A DNA stretch of 64,000 nucleotides, taken from assembly GCF_036321535.1 (NCBI RefSeq), contig NC_087457.1, positions 29,140,001 through 29,204,000 of the forward strand, in the 5' to 3' direction. The notes beneath the pieces are model-generated. The model had not been told where the DNA came from and ran no database searches. It worked only from the letters and a program-made list of their open reading frames with translations. The DNA comes from Camelus dromedarius (taxonomy: Eukaryota). The position numbers and the translations under genes were made by a program. This document shows positions 24,526 to 36,944 of the stretch, one piece after another (the first letter of the stretch is position 1; each line of letters opens with the position of its first letter).

Positions 24526-27199
24526 TTGTATTACTTTATGGTGATCCTACTCTAAGAAAAATCCTTTCCCAATGGCTAATTGTTGGCTAAATTGCAAAAT
24601 TAAAGATTCTCCAATTTGGATAAAATGTTGTGTCAATTAAGTATAACCTGTTCTTAGTTAACAGTAACCTACAGAACATACTTACACATTTTTTTTTATG
24701 GTTGAATCCATCCAGTTATTTCTATGCCCTAGTTTTTCATGTGAGAGAGATTAAAAAAAGTAAAAACAGGTATGGTCACTTGGAATCACTGGTGAAATGG
24801 ATGGGAAGATAAGAGTTGAAAGATTCTTGAAAAGAATGGAGATGTTAATCTTAACAGGCAGATTTACTGTAAAACCTTGGACTAAAAGGGTTGAATTTAT
24901 TATGTTGTATAAATATAAATGATTATTACTGATGACAATAATGCTGAGATTATGTCAGTTAATACTATTAGTCATAAAATGTTATCATGTGCTAGTTTAT
25001 AGAAAATGTAGTTTTATGTTTTGCTGAAAATCACGTTAAGGGAAAAAGTGAAAAGAAACGCTACTTGTCATAATCCATCTCCTAGACTAAGACAAGGGGT
25101 GTCAGACTAAAGAAAAGGATCACATAAACAAGGATCCAGGAGAACCATTTAAAAAGCCTGTATCGGGGTTACATAACTCACCCTCCAATTAACATCTGAC
25201 CAGAGTTGAGCGCTAGTGTTTGGCACAGCAGACGTTATCTTATGATAAGTTTTATTGTTTTTGCTTGTTTGCTTTTTTTGTGGTTTACATTTTTACACAA
25301 AGAAACATTATCATAACTTTGATACTGGTGCTACTTCTTATTACACATGCTAGTTCTTCCGACTCCTTCAGGCTGGTAATGAGGGTAATATAGCTGCTGT
25401 ACAACCGCAATCTACATTTTATGCCAGTTTAACATGATTAAAGTTGACTTCTCATTTACCACAATGGCTCATTGCAGGTAAGTCTGGTGTTCACTTACAT
25501 ATTGTCACTCAGGGCAGCAGACTTCTGCTATCTGACAGTCAAGCGTGTTTTGAGGATCTGCACAATCAGTCAGTGGATGCAGAAAGAGCAGGAAAGATGC
25601 GAGGCGGGGGGTAAACGTTTTAAAGGTAAGTCCTGGAAGTGATGCATTTAATCTCCTTTGACATTCTATCAGCTAGATCTCAGTCACATGGCCAGGCTGG
25701 ACCTGAAAGGGACTAGGACATATACCTTATTTGCCTAATAACAGAGAAGTAAAGGGCATTATGTTGGTAAATAAATGGGCAAGCTTTCCTGTAACGGTTC
25801 TCTCAAATTTATCCAGATATTTTTTTTTTTGGGTTTGGTTTTTGTTTTCAAATCCCAGCAACTCTTATCTCACAGCTTAGCAATGATACCCTTTTTTATT
25901 TCACCCTCACATTATTGCTTGTCCCTTTCAAATAATAACATTATTAATAATCTTGTAAGCTCATGTAATTTTCACATCTATCAATTTATTTGAGTCTCAA
26001 AACATTCTCTTGAAAAAAGAATTCTCTTAATTTTATAGGAAAAAAAAAGAAGAAGAAGAGTTCCAAAATAACATGTGCAGTCAAGACAAGGCTAAAATCT
26101 GTTCTCCAAATAGTTCTTATGGTAGCTACTATTTTACTTTTAAAATAAGGTTATGGGTAATCATTTTTTTAAATGCTGATTTCTATGCAGTATTTCATGT
26201 ATCATGCAAATATAATATTTCTTTTGTAAAAAGTGGGTATACTTTTAAATATACACATTTTTTAAAAATATGCTGATTTCATATTGATTTTTCTCTTAAT
26301 ATAATCTTCACGGTGTGGAATACCTTTTCATTATTTGTAATCACAATGAACATGAAAATCTTTAGGCTTTATTTAGGCTTTATTTTAAGCCTATAGATGT
26401 CTTTGACAAGAGGTTTCAGAGTAATGTGTTGAAAACTATTAGAGATGACAATTATACAAAAAATTACTTTCTATTTTGAAAGCACCTTTTTGAAAGAGAG
26501 AACCCTTGAGCTTTCTTTCTTTATTCATGCTAACTTTTGAAAATTGCATCAGACAGATTTTAATGACTTTATTTTAAATATCTTAATAAAATTGGACCAT
26601 ATTTATTACTACTTTTTGGTATTTAAACGAAGCACTTTAAGTTAAAATTGTCATAGCTTTCCTCTTTTGGTAATTTAAAAATGCATTTTCTATCCTTGAT
26701 TATGCCTTTCAACTGTCTGTTACTAAGGCTGATATAAAATATTACATTTTAAAGTTATGCAGATTTTTCCTTTCTTCCAGAACAAAAGTCTGAAAATATG
26801 AACAGAAAGTATCACTAATATATTTGGCATTTAAGTATTTAGCAGGTTTTTCCTTCTTGAATTGAAATAATTACTTGTGAGATTGTATTGCATATATTTT
26901 AAATGGAGTAATTTAAATTGAGGCTAACCGTGACATATTTAATTGACCTATTTATTTTAAAGTTTTAGTTTCTTGACATAACAATGTTGACTAATTTATA
27001 CCTGCTTAAATATTTTTATGCATTTATGTATTTGTTCTCTGAGAAACATTGGCAAGCCAACCTTACTAAGCGTACAGAACTCTGCTCTGTGTGCTATTTT
27101 AAATTTTATCTTCCTCTTATTTTTCCTAGTCTTATTTCTCTACCACTATTAATTTATTCTCTCGTTCCTTATCTCATTTTACTTATATATTTTGTAAGC

Positions 27200-28460
27200 T
27201 GCTACAAATCCTCCGTATTATGAGATATACCCACCTATGTGGTCCTAGTTTCTTTGAGCAGACTTTTGTAGCCTTGTGTCCTTTCTCTACTTCCTCAGAA
27301 ACCCAATTACACAATTATTCTTTTTAACTTCTTTGTTATAGTTATGCAGATCCCCAAGGCCCTACTAATTTCTTTTTCTCTGTTGTTTGAACTGGGTAAC
27401 TTACTTTATCTTCCAGTTCCCTGGTCCTTTACTCTCTCTTCATTATTCTGCTGTCATACCTGTCTACTAAGCTTTTAATAATTAGCTATTTTATTTTTAA
27501 ATGCTCAAGTGTTCCCTTGGTCCTCTTTATATCTTTTTAAAATTTATTTATTTATTTATTTATTTATTTATCGCTGGCACTTTTTTATTTGTAATTGCTC
27601 ACTGAAGCATTTTATTGTGCATTTTATGACAGCAGCTCTACAACTTTTTAAGTTAATTCGATATGTCTGTTAACTTGATGTGTGTATCATTGATTATCCT
27701 TCTCATTCAGTTTTAGATCTTCCTGGCTCTTGGTCTGACAAATGAATTTCAATGCAAATTTGGTCATTTCTTTTTAAGTTATGAGATTTTTATTTAAACC
27801 TTTGGTTTTAGTTGCCTTTCTCTGATTCCACTTGGGCAGGTGAAGGGGGTGGGTACTACTGCATTAGTGTTAGGTGGAGTTGGTCTAGATTCCTCAATGA
27901 GTCAGTCTCCCAATACAGCTCTCCACTGGGCTCCTCTGATCCCACCCCAGTGGGGAAGGGAGGGCTGTCTCCTCACAGGATCTCTGCTGACACGGTGGTG
28001 GGCGGTGAGGAGGATTAGGGAGCACTTCATTACAGTCTCAACAGGCAGGAACTCTTAAGTTTCACACCCAGCTTCTATGAGTGAGGATGTGGATGGAGAC
28101 ACACTTTTGTTTTTCTTTTTTCTTTGACATTTGCCTGGAATTGATGGGTTACATCTGAAAGTGTTACACCTTGCTAGGCTGCCCCTTTGCCTAGAAAAAG
28201 CAGGTTTCTGCAGGGGTACACATTAATGCCTGTTGGCACTTCTGCGTGACTTGCTTCTTCAGCAACAAGACTCAAATTTATTGAGATTAAAGGAAAATAC
28301 AGAAACTAACCCCCAAGGTTTTCCTCAAACTCCAAGGTCACTAGCTGGTCTGAGTTCTTCTCTCCACCTTCCAAAGTCTTTTTATGTTTGTTTTACATAT
28401 AATTTCCAGGGATTTTAGTTGTGCTTAGATGGGAAACATAACATTTCCTCCTCAATCCTC
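27200..28460 (-). mobile_element. Degenerate old L1/HAL1 (ORF1/5' region), antisense
   Basis: Long T-rich antisense-L1-like text (TTCCCTTGGTCCTCTTTATATCTTT, TTCTCATTCAGTTTTAGATCTTCCTGGCTCTTGGTCTGACAAATG); no intact ORF. Confidence 0.45.
27542..27570 (+). repeat. (ATTT)7 microsatellite
   Basis: Direct read. Confidence 0.9.
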
Positions 28461-29939
28461 CTGGAAGCAGAATCCCATTTATACTTATTTTTAAAATCAG
28501 ATTGAGGGGATGCATTTTAAAACACACGCTAATTTGCTATGTCAAATATCCCTAATGAAATATACGAGCTCAGCTTCTCTGTATTGAGTTATCTGCTGGA
28601 GCTATTGCTTAACGGCACACATTTACATGCTTCTGCACTGGGAAATCACATTTTTAAAAGTCCAAAACAAATTCCTCAGAAAATTATGTAAGGCCTGTTG
28701 TTATCATTTAGATATAAGAAATAGGTTTCATGGGAAAATCCATGGTCATTTTGTTTACATTTTCCTTATCCTTCAAGCATTTTACAATGACTATAAATCA
28801 ACAGTGTTTTTCATTTAAGTTCTAAGAATACATGGGTAAATGAAACACATTACAGAGCATCAATTTATGCAAAAAATGCCACACTCCCTTCGCTTAATGC
28901 ATATATCGTATTAGCCCATCTTTCTACCTTGTTTTGCTTACGCACGTATACCACACTTCTTATGCGTTCATCAGCCATTAATTCTCTGTTTTCAACACTT
29001 TGTTGATATAGTGTGAGAATGTTCACAGTGTGTCCAGAATCACTCAAATTAAAGTTACCATCCTGACTTCAGAGCTGTGCCTGACACAGCTAGGTTTTTG
29101 GATTCAGGTACCTGTTGTTTATTTCTCTTGCTGGAAGCAAAATTGTATGCAACCCTCAGGAAAAGAAAAAAAAGATCAGAAACTCAGAACTGTAGCTGGT
29201 GAATACAGAGCTTGTACGGAGAGACAGCCTTAAGCCTTATTTTGCTGGCTCGGAGTGGGGGTCAAGTGTTAGTACCGAGCATGGCTCATAATAGAAGAAT
29301 ATTAAATGGTGCACTTCCCCAGGTTAGGAGTTTGGCATCTTGGGCGCTGGACTTCTGGGATAGGAAAATCTCTTTCCATTTCCCATTATCTTTTAAAACA
29401 GCCATCATCTCTCTCTTTCCTCTGTGCCAGTCTCTCTCCCTCTTTTCTACACTTCAGTCTAGTTGCCTTAATTCTCCTTGGGAATAAACCCACTCCACAT
29501 TCATTTTTTTTTAATATCCTTTAAAAATAAATCCACAGTATCCAAGCTTGCTATTTTTATATACCAAGAGAAAAAGACCTGATAAACAATTTGATGCAAA
29601 CAATTCAATAACATTTTGGCAGTCTAGTTTCCAAAGATACATGGTGAAAATTTACCCTTAAAATCCTATAGTGAATCCTTGTTTCTTACACTGTAAAATA
29701 AATGCAATTGGCATCGATTTAAGAGAGTAGTTTATCAGTATAATTTCTGTAAATGTATTGTAGTACACATTTTTTACAAAAAAGAATGTAAAAATTCTAG
29801 AGTTGGTACCAGAATTGAAGTGGGCTTTAGAAAAAACATGCATGAAGATGTGCGTTTTAAATGTTCATGGAAAATTTTAAACATGTTAAAAGACAAATTT
29901 TTAGCCAAAAATGTTTTGACATTTAAATAGTCTCATGTG

Positions 29940-30142
29940 GATTTGCAAATATTAACTACTACATATAAGACAGATAAACAAGTTTCTTCAGCATAGCATA
30001 GAGAACCATATTCAATACCTTACAGTAACCTGTAATGAAAAAGAACATGAAAATGAATGTATGCATGTATCTGTATGACTGAAGCGCGCTGTACAGCAGA
30101 AATGGACACATTGTAAACTGACTATACTTCAGTAAAAAATAT
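29940..30142 (+). mobile_element. Camelid-type L1 3' tail (~200 bp) with TSD
   Basis: GATTTGCAAATATTAACTACTACATATAAGACAGATAAACAAG...GTAAACTGACTATACTTCAGTAAAAAA; flanks AATAGTCTCATGTG (29926-29939) and AATAGTCTTGTG (30143-30154). Confidence 0.85.
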
Positions 30143-30212
30143 AATAGTCTTGTGTTTTGTATCTAGTGTTATTTTGCTGCAAAACAGCATTTTTATAAGA
30201 AATTAAAGAAAA

Positions 30213-30347
30213 TACTATAGATTTTATAGATAAAAAGTACACAATTGATCTTACATGTCTAAATGACAAAAACTGCTAAATTACTATAGATTTTATAGAT
30301 TAAAAAGTACACAATTGATCTTACATGTCTAAATGACAAAAATTGCT
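30213..30347 (+). repeat. Tandem duplication, two ~65-bp copies (period ~70)
   Basis: TACTATAGATTTTATAGAT(T)AAAAAGTACACAATTGATCTTACATGTCTAAATGACAAAAA(C/T)TGCT at 30213-30277 and 30282-30347. Confidence 0.95.
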
Positions 30348-32569
30348 TATTTATGACAGGTAAAATCAGTGACAACCTTTATTTTCCTTCTTTCTGCCCC
30401 TTTCTATAGGATTCAAATTCAGTAGCACATGAGGATTTTACTTTTATAACACACACTAATCTTGAGGATACAACTCTGCTGTTTGATACGAAGTTAAACT
30501 CTAACGGCAGAATAAACTAGTCGTAGAATTTAGATCTCAATCTGAAGGAAGTGCATGCAACACTAAAGAGTTTACATGGAAGAGGATGGGCGGGAAGCCA
30601 AGTGCCAGGAATTCATAGCTGGATTTGAACTTGATGCATCAGTTTTAGAAGCGGGAACAATTGGTAGAAAAGAATTCCCAACGAGCAGCCGCCTTTTGGT
30701 GTGATGTTGACGGCATTTTCCAAGCAGGCTCTTGAACCTGACCTGCCCTGAAGAACCCCTGCGGTGGAGCTTGATCTCCTCCTTGTGGACAAGGAGCTGG
30801 GGCTTCGGGCCAGGCAATGGCAGCCATCTGTGGGCAGAGCGGCTGGAAGCCAGGGAAGAGCGTGAAAGCTCACCGCGCTTTCCCACCAAAGGACAACTCA
30901 ATCAAAGGCGAGGGAGGAACAGGGAATTTTTTTCCAATACATTTTAGTGAGTAGGGCAGGTGGAGAGAACAAAGTAACACCATGTGGAGCAGCCAACGGA
31001 GCGCTGAAATACAGCCTCCTAGAAAAGCTAGAAAAATAAACTGCTATAATATGAATGCCAAATTTGGGAAGATGAAGAAAACTGCAACTAAAATAAAAAC
31101 ACATTTGCTTAGGAAAATAATAGCTATCCCCTAGAATACAACATTTTTAATTTAAAGCAGTGGATTTTGAAAAAAGTTTTTCTGAGTTTACTTCCTATGT
31201 ATGTTTTATTTACAATATAATTTATCCCCTCATTCATGATGATTTTCTCTACATTTACTTCCTACTCCCCTCTAAAAAATAGATATATATATATAAGCAG
31301 TTTGATATTTGGCTGAATCTCTGAAGCTGGGCCCACTTCCAAGGTGTTTATGATCATGATTTTATTTTTATTTTGCATCTTTGTGGGAGGCAGAACCTAG
31401 GTATGACCTTTCTTATTGACCATATTAAGAAACCAAAACCCAAGGGTTAAGGACATGCCAGATGCAAGTAAACCTGGGCTTCTGAAGTACTTTTTAGTCA
31501 TTAAAGCCAAATTGATGTAAAGCATGTGCTCAACAAGGTTTATCTAAAGTAATTTTAGCATAATTTTCAAGTTAGAAATAGTGACCCATAAACTCTCCTA
31601 TAAAACAGCAAACATTCAAGATGCCAAGAGGTATCTAGCATGACAGTCATTAGTAGCAACAAAAAAGAAGCAGGAGGCAGGGTCTGCTCTCAAAACATCA
31701 ATAATGCTGTTGTGATTCGTAATGTTTCATATTCATCCACTGGTTCCTAAAAGGGAACGCCTGCCGGCACCTGAGTTTTCTCAGGGAAGTGAAGGAAGGA
31801 TGGGTAGACATCCGTTCTCTCCAGCGTCTTTCCCAGGCCTCCCCAAGGGTAGGGTAGGGACTCACCCTACTGACAGGACGCGATGCAAGTCTTTTCTAAG
31901 GAACAGTCAGGTCTGCTCTTTTCTCACAGGGTTGAGCTCCTTCCCTGTGTGCCTCTCTCAAAACTTCGAATCTGAATATTCTCAAGTCTTTAACTAAAGA
32001 GTCTCAAGAGGGCGTTTTCTTGAAGGCCTAGTTTTAATGCTGACCAGCAGGCCCTAAGGGCTGTAAGGCCCATCTCTTGGCTTCAATGATTGACCAACCA
32101 CCAAATAATGCCATAGACTCTCATTTTAATAAGGCTGGCTGGGAGCATCGTGTGTGGGGTGGAAACAACCTTGCCTCTAGTTTAGTGATGGCAGTTGGAC
32201 TAGAAGACCCCGAGTTAAACTGGAAATTGAGAGAAACAATCAGAAAATTATAATTAAGTATGCCTCAAATGCTGGATGTGATTTATTTACACTAAAATGT
32301 TGTCCACTGTGTATCTGAAAATCAAATAGAACTGGGCTTCCAGTATTTTGATGTATCCAGTCTGGCAGGCCTACTTGAGGCCGGCTTCAAGATCTAGATG
32401 TGGGGCAGGAAGAAGGAGGGTATATCAACTGGTACCCTGTGACAGCAGGTACAAAATGACCTGTGTTTGGGGGACAGAAATGTTACACTGTATTTTAATC
32501 ACCATGTAACTTGTTTATCAGTTTCATTATTTACAGCCCAGAGGAAAGGAATTCAGAATAATATGTTAA

Positions 32570-32720
32570 CTGTTTAATGTTTATGATCTAAGTATAGCAT
32601 CACAATCAGCCTATGGGGTGATTACTCTTTTCTATCATATTCTGAAGATGGGAAGACTGAGGTTTGGGCATTTTAACCTTTCTTATGAGCAATGAATAGC
32701 AAAACTTCCTCACTAATTCT
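32570..32720 (-). mobile_element. MIR fragment
   Basis: ATTCTGAAGATGGGAAGACTGAGGTTTGGGCATTTTAACC antisense MIR core. Confidence 0.5.
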
Positions 32721-33009
32721 CCCTGACTCCATCACAACACTCTTCATTGCTCTGTGATGGTGACAAGAAATAAGTGTGCAAGAAAATATTTAAAAAACAA
32801 GAAAAATAAAAACACATTGCAAGTGAATCAGCTAGCTATTAATATTTTTAAGTTTTTCTTGGCATGTGAATAAATCGATTCATACCTACTGAAAAATAGC
32901 TTCCTACCGATAAATTACTCTCCTACATAAATTGAAGGGAGCTAACCAAATCACTAAGTCACCAATAGTAGCCAACAATTATTTGTATTTTAGTGTTTCT
33001 AAAAATACT

Positions 33010-33165
33010 GCTAAAGATGGTTTACAATGCAGATTCCGGGGTCCTATCCACAAAGATTTTATTTTAGTGGTCTAGATCGGACTCAGGGATCACATTTTCA
33101 ACAACCTCTCCAGTCAGTCCTGACACATGGGTGATCCTCCAATCATACTTTTGAGAAATATTGAG
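33010..33165. mobile_element. MER5-type hAT-Charlie MITE fragment
   Basis: AATGCAGATTCCGGGGTCCTATCCACAAAGATTTT...CATACTTTTGAGAAATATTG resembles the MER5A body and end. Confidence 0.7.
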
Positions 33166-33324
33166 TCAATAAATGGCTGGGTAAATGTAGCTTTGAAATC
33201 CAGAAATGTTACATTCCAAGAAGATCCTACACACTAAGTATAAATGAATTAGATATTTATTCTACCAGAGTTTGGATTCTCATTTACACAAAAATGAATC
33301 TCCTACATTTAATTAGTGGCTTCT

Positions 33325-33520
33325 ATTAGACTGGTCCTTTCCCAACTTTCCTGTGAATGAGAATGACCTGGACAGCTTATAAAAGCACAGGTTCCTGATC
33401 TCTGCCCCTAGAAATGCTGATTCAGGACGTCTGAGGTGTGACTCAACAATTTCCATGTCCGACAAGCTTCCAGGTGAGGCTGATGCTGTCAGTCACCAGA
33501 CCACCAGTAAGAGTACCACT
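33325..33520. mobile_element. Second MER5-type MITE
   Basis: TTTCCCAACTTTCCTGTGAATGAGAATGACCTGG...GCTGATTCAGGACGTCTGAGGTG...ACAAGCTTCCAGGTGAGGCTGATGCTG...AGTACCACTG. Confidence 0.7.
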
Positions 33521-33984
33521 GTGTTAGTTGATACTGTTTGAGACACTTAAAATATCATCACACTGCTTGTGCATTGGATTATGGAATTCTTCTTAAGGAA
33601 AGAGGAAATTTAAGGTGAACTTAAGTAGAATGGGAGACAATAGATATTAACCGATAAAACTTAAATTAAATATGCAGAAAGAAAAAATGAAGAAAATATC
33701 TTTCAGAAAGGAATCCATACCAGATCAATAGTGTCGTATAGTTCACTTGACAACTAAAACATATGACTGGATTCTTATATTGAAGATCGTAAGAATTCCT
33801 AGAACCTGGTAAGGGCAACCAAAGCATAGATAAGCGGGCTTCTACAAAGTCTCTGGAGGTGCAAATTAAAATGAATAATTTTATATTACTTTTAATATTT
33901 GTCCAGATAATTATTTTCCTTGATTCATTTCTGAGGGGTCAAAATTTAAGTTAGCTGTGAAGAAAAGTGGATTTTCAAAGACTG

Positions 33985-34200
33985 TATAATACCATAATAA
34001 AAGCTACTATTTCCTGAGAGGTTATAAGGTCCCCAGGACTATGCTAAGCCCTTTACCTAGCCAGCTAGCCATAAGAAACCGATGTTCATATATTCATTTT
34101 AAGGATGAGGAAGGTAAGACCGAGGCGCTCAAACATTTTTCTCAGAAGTCCCAATGCTGGAAAGTGACAGAGCCAGGACTCAGAGAATTGTCTACTGCAC
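33985..34200 (-). mobile_element. MIR SINE
   Basis: CATTTTAAGGATGAGGAAGGTAAGACCGAGG...AAGTGACAGAGCCAGGACTC antisense MIR core. Confidence 0.7.
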
Positions 34201-36944
34201 TTCAAACTCGTCCGGTTGCAGAGATAAAGCTAACGAAACACTCCAAACTAACAGTGAAGGGGGCGCTACATCAAGAAGGGAAAATCAAGAAGAAACAAGA
34301 GTGCTGTCATTTGTGAGCTCTTCGTGAGTTTGTTCAATTTGGTCTGGACCCCATTCCCCAGATGTCAGGGGACACTGTGACACCAATTTCAGCACAGACA
34401 ATCTCTTTCTTATTTTAACATCAAAGTTTCAACTTGGTTCAACATTAAAACTCCTTAGTCCACTTTCAGCATCTACTTCTTTTTTCCTGTTCTTCACTTT
34501 TTAAAAAAGAATTAGCATTTTTTTCTCACAGTAAATTTTAAGCTTCTTCAGTAGGCAAGAAGCTTAGCGGCAGGAACACAGGCAAGGCGTGCTAATTGTC
34601 CCCCACCTTTTCGTGGATGGACTGTGTCTTAAGCACATTCTCATCCCCAGAGTCTTCTAGTATCATGGCTCACATATAAGGCTCTAAAGAAATGTCGTCA
34701 AAGTGGACAAGTGTCTGGCCATCACTGTTCCGTGATGTCAAATATATATAGTCCCCCAACTTCAATACTAAATAGCATTTCAACTTCAGGACTCCAGAAG
34801 ACAAAATGATTTAATGAGTGCCACACTTATCTTTATCTACTTACACAATTCAAAATCATCCCCTTTTCTTCTTCTCTCATCTTCTTTTATCTCAAATTGT
34901 AGTTTTCAATACTGCTGCCAGACAGCAGGAACAATGAGAGGCAGAGATAAGAAGTCAGGGGCAGGAAGAGAGGTGATGAGGAAGAAACTGAATGACTGCA
35001 CAGGGCAGCCGATGAGTTCATTAATACATATTAATCCAAACAACTTGCTTTAGATGCTTCTACAATCTCACTGAGGTGTCCCTAATAATATAAACTAACA
35101 TGTAGAATTATACTCAAATGTTATTTAAAACTATAAGGGGAAACTTTCACAAGCATAAATATCTGACAACAGAGAAAAGACTTAAGAGAATTTTTAGAAG
35201 GAATGATTCAAAATTAATATCCTATTCTTGCATTTTAAAAATTCAAGCAGTTTTCAGTTAAATTCAGAAAACCAACATAAAATATTAAAGTGTCACAGGA
35301 AAATGTACAGGGACATATGTTTCCTTGTAACTTCTTTTTATGTGCATGTAAACCACACACTCCATTTAAAAAAAAGCAGACATAAGTGAATGCTTTTTTT
35401 TAGTGCACAAGAGATTGCTATACAATTTATTTTTTAAAAGTGCTTTTGTTTCTAAGAGGAGAATATCAATATGGTAATTCAATGAAGCTAACCATAAGCT
35501 CATTAGTAATTTGACTGTAAAAGAAATGGTGTAAGACAAGGGGATGTAAATAGGGGAATGGAGGAAAAGATCTTATTTAATAAAACATTTTACGATGGAA
35601 GAAATGATGCTTGGAAAAGTTACATATTTTACCTAAAACTGTGCACCTTATAAGAAATGAAGCCCAAATTAAAACATGAGATAAACTGACTCAACAGAGC
35701 CAACTACACTTAGACATATTTGAGGAACAACGATGATCGGGTTTTCCTGGCTATGAGAGGTGTGAGTTGAGGAAAGAGCGTGAAATGTCTCAGAACGGAG
35801 GCTGGAGTTACACTGCGGAGGACCGTGACTGTCAGAGCAAGAAGTGTGCATTTAACTGGCCAGGAAAGAAGAACCACGAAGGATTTGAAGTAATGGCAAC
35901 CTAATCATAACATAAAATATATCTGAGGAAGAAAATAAGAGGTGTTGTACTTAGTATAGTCGAATTAGGTGTGCTGAATAAATATATAACATTTTTATGT
36001 TTATGTAACGTTTTGAGTTTTAGTCACAATTTTAGTAAACCTGTTTATCAATACATCTTTCTTTTTTTGGTAATACTTAACAACTCACTTATGTCTAATG
36101 TTTCCATGACATCTACTCCATTACTCAGAAATTTTCATTATAATCTCTCTTTCATTCTTGGTGTTAGTATGTTATTTTAAGCAGAGAATCTATTTTCAAT
36201 CCATATTGGAGGCCAGTAGTGTATTTCCTTTCTACTTTGCAACAGATACACATTGATAGCCATAAATTATTTTACTTACATGATTATCTGAAAATATATT
36301 AACTGCCTATGAAATTAAAAAGTACGTGAAAATAACCTCACTATCTTAGAGATCATTTTATTATCAGAGATTTCACACGACAAGTTCAAATCTCATAAAA
36401 TACTTTAATGAAATCTACCTTTCAAGAAATAATTCTTCTCATATTTACCTAAATTTGAAAGTATATATTTTATTGTACTTTTAACTGTCTATAATTAGAT
36501 TATTCTATTTCAATCTGAAAAAGAATATGTATTTTTCCAAATTTTATCTATCAGAATTCTTTGTCTCCTCACAGAATTTCTAGCCTACTATATGTTATGT
36601 GACAATTTATAAGAGGTCATTTATAATTTTATAAAGACAACAAGGTGTTATATATCTGATGTGTATAAATACATTTTCTATGACAGAAAACTGCATTTAA
36701 ATTTTTTATCATAAAATATATATGAGATGCATACTTTCAAAGAAGAAACTTTTAACTTAAATTTTATTTATATCAAAATAAATATTTTTAAATTTGAGTA
36801 AGAATGAATAAGATAAAATACCAAAGGAAAAAATAACCAATTCAGTGGTAATGAAAATGGTGAATATAGTGAGAATAATGAAAATATTTTAAACCACAGA
36901 AGGACAAGTTGAATTCAAAAATTCATATTTACCTTTTAATCATT

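Noticed and set aside
30572-30947. Overlapping 60-109 aa ORFs read as a gene or processed pseudogene
   Set aside because: No frame matched a protein I know and I found no poly(A) tail or TSD; kept only as a regulatory/lncRNA candidate.
34252-34268. CTCF-like AGGGGGCGCTA
   Set aside because: The 5' half of the core (CCAC/CCAG) is missing, so the match is weak.
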